A stretch of 63,924 nt of DNA, the filler included, from Sphacelaria rigidula (taxonomy: Eukaryota), in NCBI GenBank assembly GCA_964200075.2. It is 7 parts of 7 records of this genome, joined end to end, with 100 filler letters (N's around TTAATTAATTAA, not from the genome) between each part and the next. Parts side by side here need not be neighbours in the genome. Positions count along the whole stretch, not along the records: positions 45,736 to 54,780 come from CAXNAA020009440.1; positions 54,881 to 63,924 come from CAXNAA020009441.1; 5 more parts are not named here. The stretch is one strand, 5' to 3'. Both the position numbers and the translations under genes were made by a program. The notes below the pieces were generated by a model. The model worked only from the letters and a program-made list of their open reading frames with translations, had not been told where the DNA came from and ran no database searches. How positions within the stretch are numbered: position 1 is the first letter of the stretch; each line of letters opens with the position of its first letter. Positions 48,453 through 60,837 of the stretch are shown piece by piece.

Positions 48453-49906
48453 GTCAGTGACGGCGAACCTATTATGTCCTGGTTGCAAAACGTGAATCGT
48501 AGTGTACCTGCCGTATGGTATACTACAAATGGAACTTCCAGAATCATCACAATCGTCTACGATACTGTCGTCACATGAAATGTGAATATGATGTATCAAT
48601 ATGTTCAACAATATGATGCTAACGGTACTAGAACAGCCATATTGGGATATGAAGGCGGGGTGTTTTCTGCCGTGCTTTCAGCGAAATATTTTGTCCAAAT
48701 CCTGGACAACAGAACAGACAGTCAAAACGTGTACTGCGTACAGTATCGACTATTGCGCCTGTTGCAGTAGACAACAGATGCCATACTGTACGCAGTACAT
48801 TTTTTTGCAATATAATCTACTGTTCAGGGTGTGATTTGTCCGGATACCTATAAAAACGGATGGGCCATTCTCGCGGTAGTTCCGGATGTACGATACTTCA
48901 GGTCCCCTCGAAAGCTTGTTCTTATTGTCTCAGAAGATCCCCCAATGATATTTGGGAACTCTTGAAAAAATATTTTGTTCCAAGCGCGGTCACGATACTA
49001 TATGTTGCACAGGCCCGTCTTACGATAATATGGGCGCTATTATTGGAGGCGCTTCTTCTAGAGACTGGGGCACTCACGAGAGTGGGTATCCTTCACTTTT
49101 GGTCTGAATCAATCATTATTCAACGTTTGATTATTGGATTTATGTGGATGAAACGTAATTCACACCAACAGAAGGCGACGTACAGGCGCTCCTATGAGCG
49201 CGTGAAGCCGCCTGCATATACACAAAAGACGCTCATCCTCTAGATTGTAGCATGACTATGGAATTATTCTGCGACGAAGCGGCACGTTTCTGCTTGTCCT
49301 TGTCAACGCACTGATGAACTGGAGCAATCATACCCACAGTATATTCGGCTAAACGCCAGTGTCAAGGGAAGCAATCTGCATCTGATGTTCGGCTAGTTTC
49401 ACCAAGGAGTATGGTTTTCTTCGTCAGAAAGGGGTATGGTTCACAACCTACCTGTCTCCAGCTGGCATCTTCCTTCCACTTGTATTAGGACTTTGGTTAA
49501 CAAGGTGGCGAAATATAGATATTACGCTACAGCAGCAGTGACACGACTATTCGCAAGAAAAATGCAGTTCGTATCCGCACGAGATCCATCGGGAAGGACG
49601 ACTGATGTACCCCACCTAAAGCCCACCAACGAAGTGGACGCCAGGAGCGCCTTCTACTTTATATTGTTTCACGCGAGAATTTAATGATGCTTGCTGTAAT
49701 ATTTCGGCACACTTCTAATTCCTAGATCGGGCTTACACATAAGCAATGTGGACTGTCAGCCACCGTCCCTCAGCCCATTCCACCTTCGCCTTACATTCAC
49801 GCGTGGACTCACTCATTCATATGTTACTCTCCGCTCTCCATCCGTACGTACTCTTCGTGCTTGCTACCTACGTGTCAAGCAATTTCGCTCAGATGCCTCA
49901 GCCAAG

Positions 49907-49965
49907 GTACAGCAAATCGGAGAGCTTCGAACTCGGCTACAAGAAAAGAAAGCAGAGTTGCAGAG
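49907..49965 (+). CDS. Coiled-coil protein, exon C (VQQIGELRTRLQEKKAELQR); the exon may instead start at 49893
   Basis: Donor AG|gtatgg; phase 2 matches exon D. Confidence 0.6.
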
Positions 49966-50868
49966 GTATGGGGTAGAGCAGCGTCAACCGATACGTTACA
50001 ACCTTATTTTCGCTTCATTACCCACTTGAACGAGCTCCCAAGTAAATCCTGGACTTATTGTTGGAACTGAAAATTAAGGATACGAAGTTCAGAATACACG
50101 TATAAGAAACGCGTCCAGCAGGTGTGGGTATTTGTCATGGCTGTAAGTTTACAACATTCTGTTTTTGGGGAGATATGTTCTCTCGTCAAATCTTTCCCCG
50201 GCTTGAATAATACACCCGTTGATGAATGCCGTCAATATGTATTGCAATTCGACGGATTGGACGCTTCTCGAGACGGTTGAAATCAGCTGAGTTCCATTAT
50301 GTGTTTTTTTGCGCATGTGGGTGCGAGTGGGAGTTTTACGCCGTAGATTGTCGTATAATATCAAGGGCTATACCCCGCCGATGTGATCCCCGGATGCTAC
50401 ATTCTGGGTCTGGTCTCTACTGTACGGTTGCAATGTAATTATATGTCTACATCTAGGGTCGGGCGAAATGATCGCTGGTTCAAATCACCAAATCTACGAT
50501 TTCTGAGACCTGGTCACTCGAAAGAGATAGAAACGTTATCCGCGGGTCGAGAAAGTCTCTGCTCAATGTTGGCGCTATTCCATGTGCCTGGGGTGTGCGT
50601 ACCTGGGGTGTAACGATGCAAAACAAAACCAAGGGCTGAAACGTACGGTAAGAATCAATTACACTTAAATCAAGTAGCTTTCAGACGAATCGTCATTCGT
50701 CCGACCCTTGGTGAACATAGACGTATACATGGACGGCGAATATTTTTCGCCATTTCCTGCAAGCGTGAGACACCTCGCGAAAATCACTTTGATTTGTTGT
50801 GGACTTAAGCAGTAGTGGATTACTACGCTGCGTTGGCGGTGTGAATATTTGTGTGCTACGCGGGACAG

Positions 50869-50932
50869 GATTCGAGATGAGAGCTGCGCATTCGATGAAG
50901 ACGTCGGCACGAAGGCTGCTTTGCGAGACAAG
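50869..50932 (+). CDS. Coiled-coil protein, exon D (IRDESCAFDEDVGTKAALRDK)
   Basis: cag|G...AAG|gtagag; phase 2/0. Confidence 0.65.
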
Positions 50933-51655
50933 GTAGAGACGAAGTCACGTCAATTCTCCGGTGTACGAACTGATCACTTTTTTTCATTGGACGCCTACAA
51001 CCCTGCTGTCAGTAGCATTTCCTTTCTCCCTACTTGCCTTACCAAAGCCTAAACTCACACCTGTACACGATACTTGTGCAGTGAAAGGCTATCGTGACCT
51101 ACTGCAAAATACGTCAATATAAAGGGCTTTGTTTTAAGCTTTCACAAACTGCCCTCACACGGTATTGCGACGAATATGTGTCGGAGTTTATTCAAAATGT
51201 TTTGCTTACTCTCTGACAAAACCGGTCGTTGTTGCGCCGAATTTACCCAGTACTGCACAAGTGCGTAACTGGTAGCGCTCTTTACGACGCAAAGGCTCTT
51301 GTCACATACAACTCGGCGCAACGTAAAGCAGGTCGCGCGAAGCAGAGGTGTGCCTTTGCATGTCTCTGACTTCAGAGTGTGCACTGATCGTTCTCAGCTT
51401 CGTCCCGAACATCTGCCCATTCTAAAAAGTATGATCGTGGGTATTCGTCTGAGAACAACGCTGTTGATCCTTCGCTTAAGTACGGTGCATCTATGGTGGA
51501 GAGTTGACATATATCCGATTAAGATGCACTCGCAAATAACTGCTACCCGTCTCGTTTGGCGTTTGTCGTTCATCGGGAGCACCGCAATAGCTACTTCTTG
51601 CGCACCAGCGTTGACAGAAGCCGTTTCCTGTGTTGTCATTGCGAAAATACCAAAG

Positions 51656-51772
51656 GCGAAAGCGGAGCTCGAGACAAAACGCAGCAACATCTCCATGGCA
51701 CTAACCAACGTGAAGGAGGTGGAACAACAGAACGAACTCACGTTAGCACTGGCTCGACAGATCGAGGCCGAG
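51656..51772 (+). CDS. Coiled-coil protein, exon E (AKAELETKRSNISMALTNVKEVEQQNELTLALARQIEAE)
   Basis: aag|GCG...GAG|gtgtga; heptad-like E/K/L/A composition. Confidence 0.68.
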
Positions 51773-52232
51773 GTGTGACAACGTAGTGCTCTCATACGGT
51801 AGGACAGCGCACGTGGCGAGATGAGCAGAAACCTCACAGCTACATCCCATGTATGCTGAATGAGACGTTGTCGTCATCCGCTCTGAAGAAACAAAGGAGA
51901 TCTCCTACAATATGTGATTCGACGTCGCGGTGAGCTTGAACCTGCTTTTGAAATTTCGACATTTTCGTGTAAAACGTTGGAATAACGAAGACCCTTTCGC
52001 ACAGTACATTTGCTCTGAAAGCTATATTCGAATGATCATGTTGATCAAGTGATCTTACAGCAACAACAGTCGCTTGCTATGTGCCCAAAGAGCTTACTAC
52101 CCTGCTTGCAGTAACTGGGAAGAATATGATGTGTTGTAAACCTTCATTCTTACTATTCATATCCACAAGAATGAAACTGGGTGAAAAGAGGCGAGGGAGA
52201 CGAGTGAGAGAGTAGAGCGTAGAGCATTACTC

Positions 52233-52429
52233 TGTCACGACAGGCTACGATCCAAAATCAACAGCGTCGCAAGATCCGCGATGTACTTCCCAAACTATAA
52301 GACCTCGGAACAATTTTCCTTTCTCCAGTCACAAGGAACGTTCTCAGTAACCTTGCGAGAACAATCGAATACCCCGCAATTTCCCGCTGATGCTTCTGGC
52401 TTCTGTTCGTAGGGCAACTATTTTCAACA
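52233..52429 (-). repeat. Putative 3' LTR of the Copia element
   Basis: Minus strand reads TGTTGAAA...CGTGACA, just downstream of RNase H; no second LTR in the window to confirm it. Confidence 0.5.
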
Positions 52430-54708
52430 CCCTAACAAGCCCAAGCATGATCTTATTCCCGTCGAATAAACTACACTAGATCGACCTCCCTACTATCATC
52501 ACTCAACTCAAATGATGGGGTCCACCAGCACAAAAAAAACACCCGGTGAGCTCTACATCCTCCTTAAGAGAAAATCACGGTGCCTTTCGAAACTCTCTCT
52601 ACCAATGGCTTTGACCAGAATGTCCGCATGTTGTTCTCCCGATTGAAGATACTTTACGGATATGTCACCGGTAGCAATCATTTCCCTGAGAAAATGGTAC
52701 CGAATATCTATGTGTTTGCTGTTTGACGAGCGTAAGGGGTTTTCAGCCAAGTCTATCGTTCCCTTCTTGTCCTCGAAAACGTCAATGCTTTCCGACCCCA
52801 ACCTGGGCATTATGAACTTCGGAAGCCCCCTCACATACAAGACCTCCTCGACACCGTCCGCCATTGCTACATACCCTGCCTCAGTAGTAGATAGGGTGAC
52901 GTGCTTCTGCGTCCTCGAAAACAAGACACTAGCGTACCCCCACAGCAAATAGCTGCACCGGAAAAAGAACGCCGATCTTCTGCCTTCTGGGCGTAGTCTG
53001 CGTCAACGTACGAATCTAAATCAAACTCCAACTGAATACATCCCAAGTTACTGCTCTCCTTGACAAGTAAACCTAAGTCCGACGTAGCATTCAAATACTC
53101 GAGCATTTTCTGTGCTTCCTTGTAGTGAGTCAGCTAGAGTTTACAAGAGAATCGAGCGACTACCCGCCGAACTTCGTTCGCGATATCGGGCTTCATCTGG
53201 TTCGCTATCCACATCGAGCTCCCCACGATCTCACGGAAAGGCACATCCACCACGATCTCCCCTTCGCTCGCATGCCTGAGGTCTGAAGAAGAGGTAGCGG
53301 GAATGGGACTAGGCTTCGAGACGTCAAAACGATTTAGCACACTCGTAGTGAATTTGGTTTGCGAAATACCCAAAGTATCATTCTCCCGGTCCCTTTTGTA
53401 CTCACTCCCCATGTACCACTCTATCTCCCCGAGATGTTTAGTGGGAAGTCTCTGATTGAGTGCACCGACTATTACCTTAGTCACTTCCCCACCAGCTGCT
53501 ATCTTGGTATCGTCCACATGAAGAACCATCGTCGCCACAACGAATTCAGCAACCCTCAGTCGAAACACACAGGGATCTACCAAGCATTGCTCGAAACCAC
53601 ACTCCACCAGGGTTGACGACAATAGTTGATACCATGCACGACTACTCTGCTTTGAACCGTACAAAGCCTTGTTGAGGCAGAATACCTTACCAGATACGGA
53701 TCCACAACTGGGGGGTAGGCGCAAGTAGATATCGGTGTCCAACTCCGACTGAAAAAAAGCCTGGTCTACATTCAAGTGCTTCAAGTCCCAGTCTAGCCTT
53801 CATACCATAGCCGCCACTAACCTGTTTGACGTAGCAGATGCCGCAGGGGCAAATGTGACGAAGTTGTCTACTCCCTCTACCTGACTATACCCCATGGCTA
53901 CCATACGGGCTTTCGCCCGGTCAACCATTCCATGCGAATCACTTTTCCACTTGTACACCCACTTCGCGCCCGCAATGTTGCGCCTCTCTCTACACCTGTT
54001 GGTACATGTCAGCGCACCAGCCGGGGTCGTACAGGAGGAAGCCCAATACAAGCGCTTTGTCGTTTTTCTTTGTTTTAGTTATCCACCTTCCTTCTGCGGT
54101 GCTCGTCTTTATTTTTTTATCGCGAGGGGGAGTTTAGCAGTCCCTTTCCGTCGTCGACTGTTAAGTCGCGCGCCCATAATATTTCGCCTCTCTGGAATTT
54201 TAGCCACGTCCGCGAGCGTTCCGGCAACTAGAGCTCACCGGACTCTATCCTCATCGCCGCCTTCCACACATCCGAGTATTGTGATGAACATGCCGCAGCG
54301 AATGACAACGGCTTCGGCCCCGCTTCCTCTATGAGACATTTAGGGAGCTCGCCCGGCTTGCGGGCAACCTCCTGTACCGCCAGCAGTCCATGGATTATTT
54401 TCCCCCCTTCATCGGGCTCTAACATGGTCACGAGCCCAGATGCTTCTTGATTGAGCGATCGCGTCTGTGCTCTGGTTCGTCCAAGTTCCTCGCCATTTCC
54501 AGATCCAACCACAATGACTCGAGTTGCAGCGCCGCAGTCCGCGCTGCCGTTGGAACTAAAACAATTTCGTCCGATGACGACGAGTCACTCCCTTGCACTG
54601 AGAGGTTGCCGTCTACAGACGGCTCACTACTCACTGAGGGTAAATAGACTCCTAAATAATCAGTTGTGTTGTCAGGGGCCGGCTGATTTCTATCACCAAG
54701 AGATCCTC
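52233..54708 (-). mobile_element. Ty1/Copia 3' half (RT and RNase H), degenerate
   Basis: AKWVYKWK...KARMVAMGYSQVEGVD; LNKALYGSKQSSRAWY; LHVDD; SKHIDIRYHFLRE...QHADIL; stops and frameshifts. Confidence 0.95.
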
Positions 54709-55156
54709 GAGCAATGCTACGGTAAGGGTGCACTTTTTTCGCGAAAGTTTGTCTGGTTCAGGGGCTCCTAACGATTCTAGNNNNNNNNNNNNNNNNNNNN
54801 NNNNNNNNNNNNNNNNNNNNNNNNTTAATTAATTAANNNNNNNNNNNNNNNNNNNNNNNNNNNNNNNNNNNNNNNNNNNNGAAAACCCGGCGTGCTCCGT
54901 CCCGGCTTTGTAGGGATGTGTGGTCAACGGTCATATGACTTTGGCATGCGAGATCCAAACCAGCCCAAAATTTTCACGAAGAAAATTCCCATACAGCTCA
55001 TGGTGTTTGGTTTCAGACTGCATGAAGCGCCTCATATGGGCGGCATTGGCGAGAAAGATCCCAAGCGTCAGAGTGCCCAGGTGCTCAGTATGCTCGGATT
55101 TTGTTACTTTGATGCGCATGCCGACTTTGCCTCCTGAAATCAGCCTCTCTTCGGAA

Positions 55157-55190
<34 letters not shown>

Positions 55191-55325
55191 GGGGGCGTCT
55201 CCCGGTGGGATGAATACCCTTGGCGCGAGGCGAGCAAAACAAAAATGTCTGAGNNNNNNNNNNTCGTGTTGGGCTGTGTGGGGGGGGTGGGGGTGGTGGG
55301 GGGGGGGGGGGGGTGTGGGGGGGGG

Positions 55326-55373
<48 letters not shown>

Positions 55374-55654
55374 GCTATTGCGGCATCTCCCGATCGGATG
55401 AATCACCTTTGGCCCGAGCTAGCAAACCTACGATTTCTGAGGCCGGATTTCTCGAAAGAGAGAAAACGGTTGACCGCGGGTGAATGAAAATATCATGCGC
55501 GAATTTCGCGGTATTCCACGTGCACAATGTTTTGATGAGATTGAGAGTCCAGGATGCGATTGAGAGTGAAAAGCGGTCAATGAATGAATGTTTAAGTTTC
55601 GAGATGCCCCTCAGCGAGGCCCGATTCACTTCCTGTAGCAGCTTGCCACTGAGG

Positions 55655-56470
55655 CCTAACCCCAACCCTGACCCTGACCCTAACCCGAGAATCCTCGGAC
55701 GACGGGGATGCAGGGTGTTTCCAAGGCAAAGTGCGGCGTTGGCAGACCTCAAATCAGGCGCCGATTTTGAAAAAAAGCACGTTCTGCGCACGTTGGGAGC
55801 AGTTGGGGCTGTCAGCTCCACTAAAGATCCGAATATCGATGTTCAAACTGTAATCAACTAGTATAATTCCGGGAAAGTTCTAATCGATCAAGTGGTTGAG
55901 GCACTACCGACGCCGATTTTGACGAAAACGCGTCCTTTTCACGCTGGGGGTACTTTGGGCTGTCAGCCTCACGGAAGATGCGATTATCAGTGTTTACACT
56001 CAGATGAAGTAATACCATTCCGGGAAAGTTCTAACCGATCCAGTAGTGTAGTAGTGTTAACATTACTGGTCGGTTAGAACTTTCCCGGAGTTGTTTTGCT
56101 TCATCTGAGTGTAAAAAACACCACTGCGTCGACTAAAACTTTCCCGGAATTGTTTTACTTGATCTGAGTATAAAACACCGATATTTGGATGTTAGCGGGG
56201 CTGACAGCCCCGACTGCTCCTCGCGTGCGCGGAACGCGTTTTCGTCAAAATCAGCGCCTGTGGCGCCGTCTTGAGGTATGCCAACGCCACACTTTCTTTG
56301 CCTAGGGAACGCTTTAACCCTTAGACCGCGAGGTTAGTCTTCTGTTGAATCGGCATCAATTTCAAGTGGAAGAAAGTATGCATGATCCAGAAAGACTGAT
56401 CTCGCAGTTTAAGGGTTAAACCCCCCTCACCCGAGGGTTCTCGGTATGCCTTGGATTGGGGTTAGGGTTC
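55655..56470. mobile_element. Fold-back element bracketed by telomere-like (CCCTAA)n and (TTAGGG)n tracts
   Basis: About 55720-55845 is reverse-complementary to about 56172-56308; related half-copy at 58731-58880. Confidence 0.65.
56318..56415. mobile_element. 98-bp piggyBac-like MITE
   Basis: TTAA|cccttagaccgcgag...ctcgcagtttaaggg|TTAA. Confidence 0.85.
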
Positions 56471-59190
56471 TAGGGGTAGCTTTACTTCAACAAAGATGTT
56501 TCCGAGAAATTTCTTCAGCGACCAAGTGGTGAACACACCTCAATTGACCCAGTGGAGAACACTCATTACCACCGATCTGTCAACAAAAATTGCAAGCTGT
56601 GCGTTAAACCCTTCCGAGCCCCGGGCCTTGTTTCGGTACAATTATTTTCTGGCTGTCATGATGACAACCCTCGCGGTAAGAGAAGTATTCATGATTCATG
56701 TTGGGGTGTAACGTTAGGAAACACCGTGTGTAGCACATGCAGTACTTACTGTGCCGCACTGCCTGTACAGGGTGAAAACTACTGTGTACTGTAGATAGGG
56801 TTGGAGGAGTTCTGATCCATCTGGAACTTTCATCGACTTTTATATTGTAATTGATTCGTACGGTGGAGGTCGTGAAAGTCCCGGTGACGGCAGGAACCGT
56901 CAAAGGTGGCCAATGATTTTCTCGGTGTTATGTAGTCAAGGATTGACCGTAAGTCGTGGGGTGCAGGCAAGTAGACTCGGGAAAGCTCGACGAGCGCGAG
57001 CGAGTTAGCCCGAGGATGAAGTCTAAGAGTCCAAGTCAAAAAGTGATCCCCGGGGACTGACCGCAGTTCGCTGGATAGATCCCTGTTACCTTGGGGTCCT
57101 AGATCCGGCTGTACAGATATGGGAGTTTCGGGGCTCCCGGGAACTACCCTTGTAACAGCCGTTCAATAGGTCACACGTCATGAAAGGAAATCTCTCCGCA
57201 CATGCCAAAATGGCGATCTCCATAGTACTGTAGGAATCAATCCTTGGGATTTGTTTTAGCGTCGTGATACATGCACCCCAAGCAGGTACAGCAATGTTTT
57301 CGTTAAATTGGAAAGTTCAGCGTTGGTTGAGGGTGAGTTTTATCATTCGCTCTAACTTGGCCAATGTTTCATATTTTGTGTGTGCTTTTCTTTGCCTGTA
57401 ACACAGTCGTGTACCCGCAGCTACACGTCAATCGAGTTTCGGAATACGCTTTTTTCTTGTCATTTCAGAGTGCAAATATCTCAGGATCAGAGTGTAACCA
57501 AAAAATATTTTCCCCTCCGTCAAATGTGGTATCCCCTTAACTTTGGTTGGATGAGGTGCTTTTTTTTTCAATTCTGCACTCTGATCCCGAGATATTTGCC
57601 CGCTGAAACGACAAAAAGCGTTTTCCGAACCTCTCTAATATCCTACTCAGGAATACCAAAGGGTTAGCATGAGTTCGAAATAACGTATTTCCGAAAAACT
57701 TCTTCAAAGAGTCAATCGACCAAGCTTGGCAAGCAAGCCTGTCGGCGGTCTACAGTTGAAGTTTTTTTTTTCCCCAGTGTTTATTTATTTTTGTCGACAG
57801 CTTTACAAGGTATTATTAAAGCTGATGTAGTCCCAGCTGTAAGCCCGGCGGACAATCACGTACAGTAAATACACTCTTCCTGTGTTTTCACTTGGAGACG
57901 GCACCACTTCACGGCTGACAGGAGACACGAGTACTACTTGAGTATGCTCCACGTGTCTGGCGCGTTGTGGACTATTGCCGAGATAGCCCCCCACAAAAAT
58001 AGCACCGGAGACCGTCCGACAAACTGGCTGCGATCTCAGTATTGGGCTCGTTTGCCGCAATTTCGCCCGCGCATGACAGGCGTGTAGCTGTCCGAAATCA
58101 GCAATAACGCCCAAATTAGTCGCGTCGTGTATAGCACAAAACCAGCTCTAACGGCATTTATGATGATCGTCTCCGTGCACTTTTTGGCCGGTTCCGGGGG
58201 GGGGGGGGGGGCTATCTCGGCAGCAGTCTGTGGTACTTTTTTTTGTTCCCTTGAAGGAACGGGGAGACCTGCCCCAACACTTACCCCGCAGGCGGGTTGT
58301 CGTGTCAATTACCCGGAGCCTTGGCTAGACTGCCTCCCGGCAGGCATGTGGGGTGGACGCCTCGAGCACTCGCAAGCTGTGCTCAAGGCAGCGTGGGGGT
58401 CCGACCCACTAAAACTCCCTGTCAACTTGGCGCAGTGCAGGCATCGCCCTGCTCTTATGAGCTTCGCCCCTACTTGTGCGCGGAGGAGAAGGAGGAACTC
58501 GTGTCTGGGCTTAGAGTAGCGTCGCCTACAAGGACGGATTCAACCAACCGGCTTGTCTTATCGTGATTGTCCCGCTTTGGTACAATATAATAGTACGGAA
58601 AACACACGAGCAAGCAAGTCGAGATGAGATTGTTCATCCGCCTTCCTACAACACATGTATATCTACGAGGAGACTTGAAGTCTTGGTCGTATATCTATGG
58701 TTGATTTTTTCCAACAAACTAATAATATCGCTAACCCTAACCCTAACCCTAACTCTAACCCCGACCCAAGGCGTACGAGACCCTCGGGCAAGGGGGGTCC
58801 ATGGGTTCCCCTAGGTATAGCGTACGTTGGTAGACCTGAAATCGACACCGCAGGCGCCGATTTCGACAAAAACGCATCCTGGACGAGCTGGGTCCACTGC
58901 TCACCTGTCCCAAACCACATTTTCCCGGAAATTTCTCGAGTCTAGAATCAAGTAGTCATGTTGTCAAGCATGTATGTACGACCAAAACTCTAGGTCCACT
59001 GAAAAAAGTGTGTGTGATCCCATGATCCAGATGGACTACCCGCATCGCGGTCCAAGGGATACACCCGTTTTGACCGCGAGGGCAGGTCATCTGGGTCATG
59101 TGATGACTTTTTTAGTTATTATGATGCCGACTCAACAAATGACCCGTGCTGGGCGGTCAAAGGGTTGAATATCATACGGTCAAGTATTAA

Positions 59191-59299
59191 CCCTTCGACT
59201 GCGGGAGGTATTCATTGGTGAACTCGGCACAATTTTCACTTGCAAAATAAGTGAAAATTACGCCGATTCAAGAAATGGACACCTCCGGCGGTGAGGGGG
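59191..59299. mobile_element. piggyBac-like MITE; a further degraded copy lies at about 59065-59165
   Basis: TTAA|cccttcgactgcggg...ccggcggtgaggggg|TTAA. Confidence 0.75.
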
Positions 59300-59635
59300 T
59301 TAACTTCACTTGTATAATAAGAAAAGAAAACCTCTCTGTACGAGCAGATAAATCTATATATTTTCCAAATATTGTTCGCATTCTTTTTGGTGCAGCCCTC
59401 ACCAGACCCTTCAACCACGAGGAACAACATTTTCGTGAGATTGAGAGTAAAGTGCAGATTGAGAGTGGCTTTGATCATTCGCTGTAACTTGATCAATTTT
59501 TCGTTCCGTGTGTGTGCTTTTCTTCGCCTCCATCACTGGCGTGTGCTTACAGCTACACGTCGAAATCCTACTCAGAGATATCAAGGGCCTCGTGGACGGG
59601 CATTTCGGAACTGAAGCAATTCATTCACTAAGTGA

Positions 59636-60044
59636 TAGAGCTCGGAAATTGTACCAGTTATCACTGGCCATTATCGTTATAATGGTGTTAATGGTGATGA
59701 TTACATGAAAAAAATGGATAATGGTTTCAAACCATTATTTACCATCCCCGGCTTTATAGGCCGGTATAAGCCGTTACCGGCTACGTATGATCCATACAGC
59801 CCTTCAAATTACCCCAAATTTGACGTATTTTTCAGCTTCAGTGAAGCCAATTCGCGTACAAACGTGCCTCCGGCACGGAGCCTCCAGCGCCCCCCCCCTC
59901 TGCTTGGCGGGGGGCTTTTTGGCTCGCGGCTGCGCCGCTCGATGACCGAAACCGTTACAGTATGTACCATTTAACTGGTTAATGAGTGCGCTACGCGTAG
60001 CAATTCAACTGGTTAATGGTTAGACAAACCATTTCCGAGCTTTA
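59636..60044. mobile_element. hAT-like MITE, copy 2, nested in the ttgagagt MITE
   Basis: Homologous to 20955-21328; 8-bp flanks ctaagtga/ctgactga. Confidence 0.8.
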
Positions 60045-60737
60045 CTGACTGACCTCTTTTCACTCTTAATGGTATCATCCACTCTCAATCTCACGAAAAT
60101 AGTCTTGAAGGTAGGTCACCTGGCTATGCATTCACTTTTCAAGTAAACTGTGATGCTGATTCTACAGATCGCGGTCAAAGAGGTGAAGCACAAAAAGCTG
60201 CCATGCCCTAGTGGTGATCTAAGACCCCCCCGTCTATGATGGAAGCAGCAGGTGAGGATGCGGTTGTCACGATGACAGAGGGAAAGGGACTGCTGTACCC
60301 CTCTCGCGATAAAAAAATGAAGGCAAACGCCGCAGAAGGAAGGTGGAGCTCTCAAAACAAACAAACAAAAAAAGGAAAAACTCCTGTGTTGACCCTCCTG
60401 TGTGACCCCGGCTGGTGCGCCCACGTACACCGAAAGGTGTAGACCGGCGTCCAGAATAGATGGGACGGCAACACAATGACAAAGAGAGTGACGACCAGCC
60501 CACGCGTGCCGAGCATTTCACGATCCCTTCCGTAGTTCCCATCGGACTGTTCCTTCGTTCTTACGAATTGTTTTTTTTCGAATAATGAACTTTGACGAAA
60601 ACGGAGGAATTATCTGATCGATGGCAATGAGGTCATGAAAGATACCTGAAACGATTGTCACCCCTTAGGCAGTTGGTCATGAATAAATCAGTCTCATCCA
60701 TCACAATCCTGGTCTCATTTTTTTATTTTCTCGTTAA

Positions 60738-60837
60738 CCCTTTGACCGCGAGGGTAGGTCACCGGCTGAATCGGCATCAATCTCACTCGAAAAAGTATGC
60801 GTGATCCAGATGGACTACCCGCATCGCGGTCTAGGAG
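60738..60837. mobile_element. 100-bp piggyBac-like MITE
   Basis: TTAA|ccctttgaccgcga...tcgcggtctaggag|TTAA; similar to 56318-56415. Confidence 0.8.

Noticed and set aside
27443-54780. Gypsy inserted between COG6 and the coiled-coil gene, or a sex-locus-like gene-poor region
   Set aside because: The segments are unlinked scaffolds, so neither adjacency nor chromosomal context can be inferred
55140-55487. Poly-Pro/Gly ORFs
   Set aside because: G homopolymer runs beside an N gap; low complexity and probably unreliable sequence
58290-58520. Possible host exon
   Set aside because: An acceptor-like site is present, but no donor or partner exon was found and the product is unrecognisable
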